Made by a program: the position numbers and the translations under genes
Part shown: positions 63,183 to 64,000 of the stretch, piece after piece
Layout: each line of letters starts with the position of its first letter
Position numbering within the stretch: the stretch's first letter is position 1
The notes under the pieces: model-generated
What the model saw: the letters and a program-made list of their open reading frames with translations, nothing else
Database searches by the model: none
What the model was told of the DNA's origin: nothing
Source of the DNA: a virus
DNA: 64,000 bases
Reading direction: 5' to 3' (one strand)
Virus record (IMG/VR): IMGVR_UViG_3300002835_000007
Span: 25,748 to 89,747 of that record

Positions 63183-63470
63183 ATGAAAGCAGAAATCAAA
63201 ATTAGCAGCAGTTATGGGTTTGACCATAATTGGACACTAGAAGTATCAACACCTAAAAAGACTAAAAGTTTTTATTTAGGACAAGATGTTAAGTTTTGTA
63301 ATAGAGTGTTGGGAATGGAACCAAGTTATATTATAGAGCAAATTGGTACACGTGAAATTGACCAAGGGACTATAGGGAATAAAAAGTTAGCAGAATTCAT
63401 TTGCAAGCGTTTAAATGTAAACGGACGAACAATGACTAGTATTGAACCATGGGGTTTGTGTGCACAATAA
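63183..63470 (+). CDS. hypothetical protein
   Basis: 95 aa ORF. Confidence 0.4.
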   Translation: MKAEIKISSSYGFDHNWTLEVSTPKKTKSFYLGQDVKFCNRVLGMEPSYIIEQIGTREIDQGTIGNKKLAEFICKRLNVNGRTMTSIEPWGLCAQ

Positions 63471-63496
63471 AATATTAACTATAAAACTAAATCAAA

Positions 63497-63700
63497 ATGG
63501 GAATCGAAGAATTATGTATACGAAAAATAGAAAGTGGTATTAGAGCATTAAAATTCAAAAGTAAAAAACCAAGTGAGTTGAATCTTTCTCAATACTTTGA
63601 AAAACTTAAAAAAACAAATGAGGGTATGCACGATGACTTATTTGAAAAGTATCGTGGAGCATTAAAAATTTATAAAGAAAGTTTCGAAAACGTTTGGTAG
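63497..63700 (+). CDS. hypothetical protein
   Basis: 67 aa ORF. Confidence 0.4.
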   Translation: MGIEELCIRKIESGIRALKFKSKKPSELNLSQYFEKLKKTNEGMHDDLFEKYRGALKIYKESFENVW

Positions 63701-63724
63701 ATTAAAAAAAGAATAGTACATTTG
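63693..63724 (+). promoter_or_regulatory. Bacteroidota-type promoter (TTTG / 20 nt / TACATTTG)
   Basis: TTTG 63693-63696; TACATTTG 63717-63724; ATG 63750. Confidence 0.55.
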
Positions 63725-63749
63725 TAGAAACAACTAAACAATACAAGTT

Positions 63750-63956
63750 ATGAAAGTAAAAGATTTAATTAAACAATTAGAAAAAATTGAAAACCAAGAC
63801 GCTGAAATAAATTTATTAGGCAACATTGGACACCCCGAAGACGAAGACACCGATATGTATTTTAACTTTTTGGAACTTTGGGATGATGGTGAAGAAAGCA
63901 TTACATTATTTGTTGGGTTAACACCCGAAAATAATAAAGAAACTATTTGCGAGTAG
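63750..63956 (+). CDS. hypothetical acidic protein
   Basis: 68 aa ORF with its own promoter (63693-63724). Confidence 0.4.
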   Translation: MKVKDLIKQLEKIENQDAEINLLGNIGHPEDEDTDMYFNFLELWDDGEESITLFVGLTPENNKETICE

Positions 63957-64000
63957 TGTTTGTTTTGATTGATGGGAGAATGGGTGGTAGCAATACCACT

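Noticed and set aside
1-64000. tmRNA, tRNA or rRNA genes (looked for because SmpB is present)
   Set aside because: I found no tRNA-like T-arm (GTTCRANYC) or acceptor structures, and no tag-peptide reading frame by eye. The only GC-richer non-coding stretch (51.6-52.3 kb) is palindromic and iteron-like rather than tRNA-like. This needs a proper covariance-model scan.
1-64000. Integrase, transposase or excisionase; att sites; prophage boundary
   Set aside because: No recombinase-like ORF or host-like genes were seen. The window looks like an internal region of a virulent phage genome.

Overview
AT-rich (about one third GC) 64-kb window with more than 120 short, tightly packed genes, nearly all on the plus strand. 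Many genes have their own Bacteroidota-type promoter: a -33 TTTG, a 19-20 nt spacer and a -7 TAnnTTTG box. I found no rRNA, tRNA, CRISPR array, integrase or transposase by eye, and no recognisable virion structural genes. This looks most like an accessory or early region of a large virulent phage of a Bacteroidota (Flavobacteriia-like) host. Recognisable content: (1) An NAD+/ADP-ribose module: a 5'-truncated NAMPT, a NADAR protein, a macro domain protein, a Sir2 sirtuin, PRPP synthetase and a Nudix hydrolase, plus dCMP deaminase. (2) A translation and ribosome-rescue set: an Smr-domain protein, IF3, RNase R and SmpB. (3) Two sigma factors (one ECF-like, one sigma70/SigA-like). (4) Two AAA+ ATPases, three HAD-like proteins, three metallophosphoesterases, a PPP-family phosphatase, and RlpA-like, SprT-like, ParB-like and class I SAM methyltransferase proteins. 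(5) A striking strand-inverted island at 43.7-48.6 kb. It holds four paralogous genes in a long-short-short-long arrangement with nearly identical 5' ends and divergent 3' ends, bounded by a bidirectional terminator. (6) A roughly 1-kb non-coding region at 51.6-52.5 kb rich in palindromes and iteron-like direct repeats. It separates two promoter regimes. (7) Several families of intergenic repeats: four copies of a roughly 90-bp element, three copies of a 40-bp hairpin-promoter element, and duplicated hairpins that carry the -33 box in their loop. Many start coordinates in the ORF track are TTG or GTG artefacts lying inside promoters or hairpins. I moved these to the first downstream ATG.
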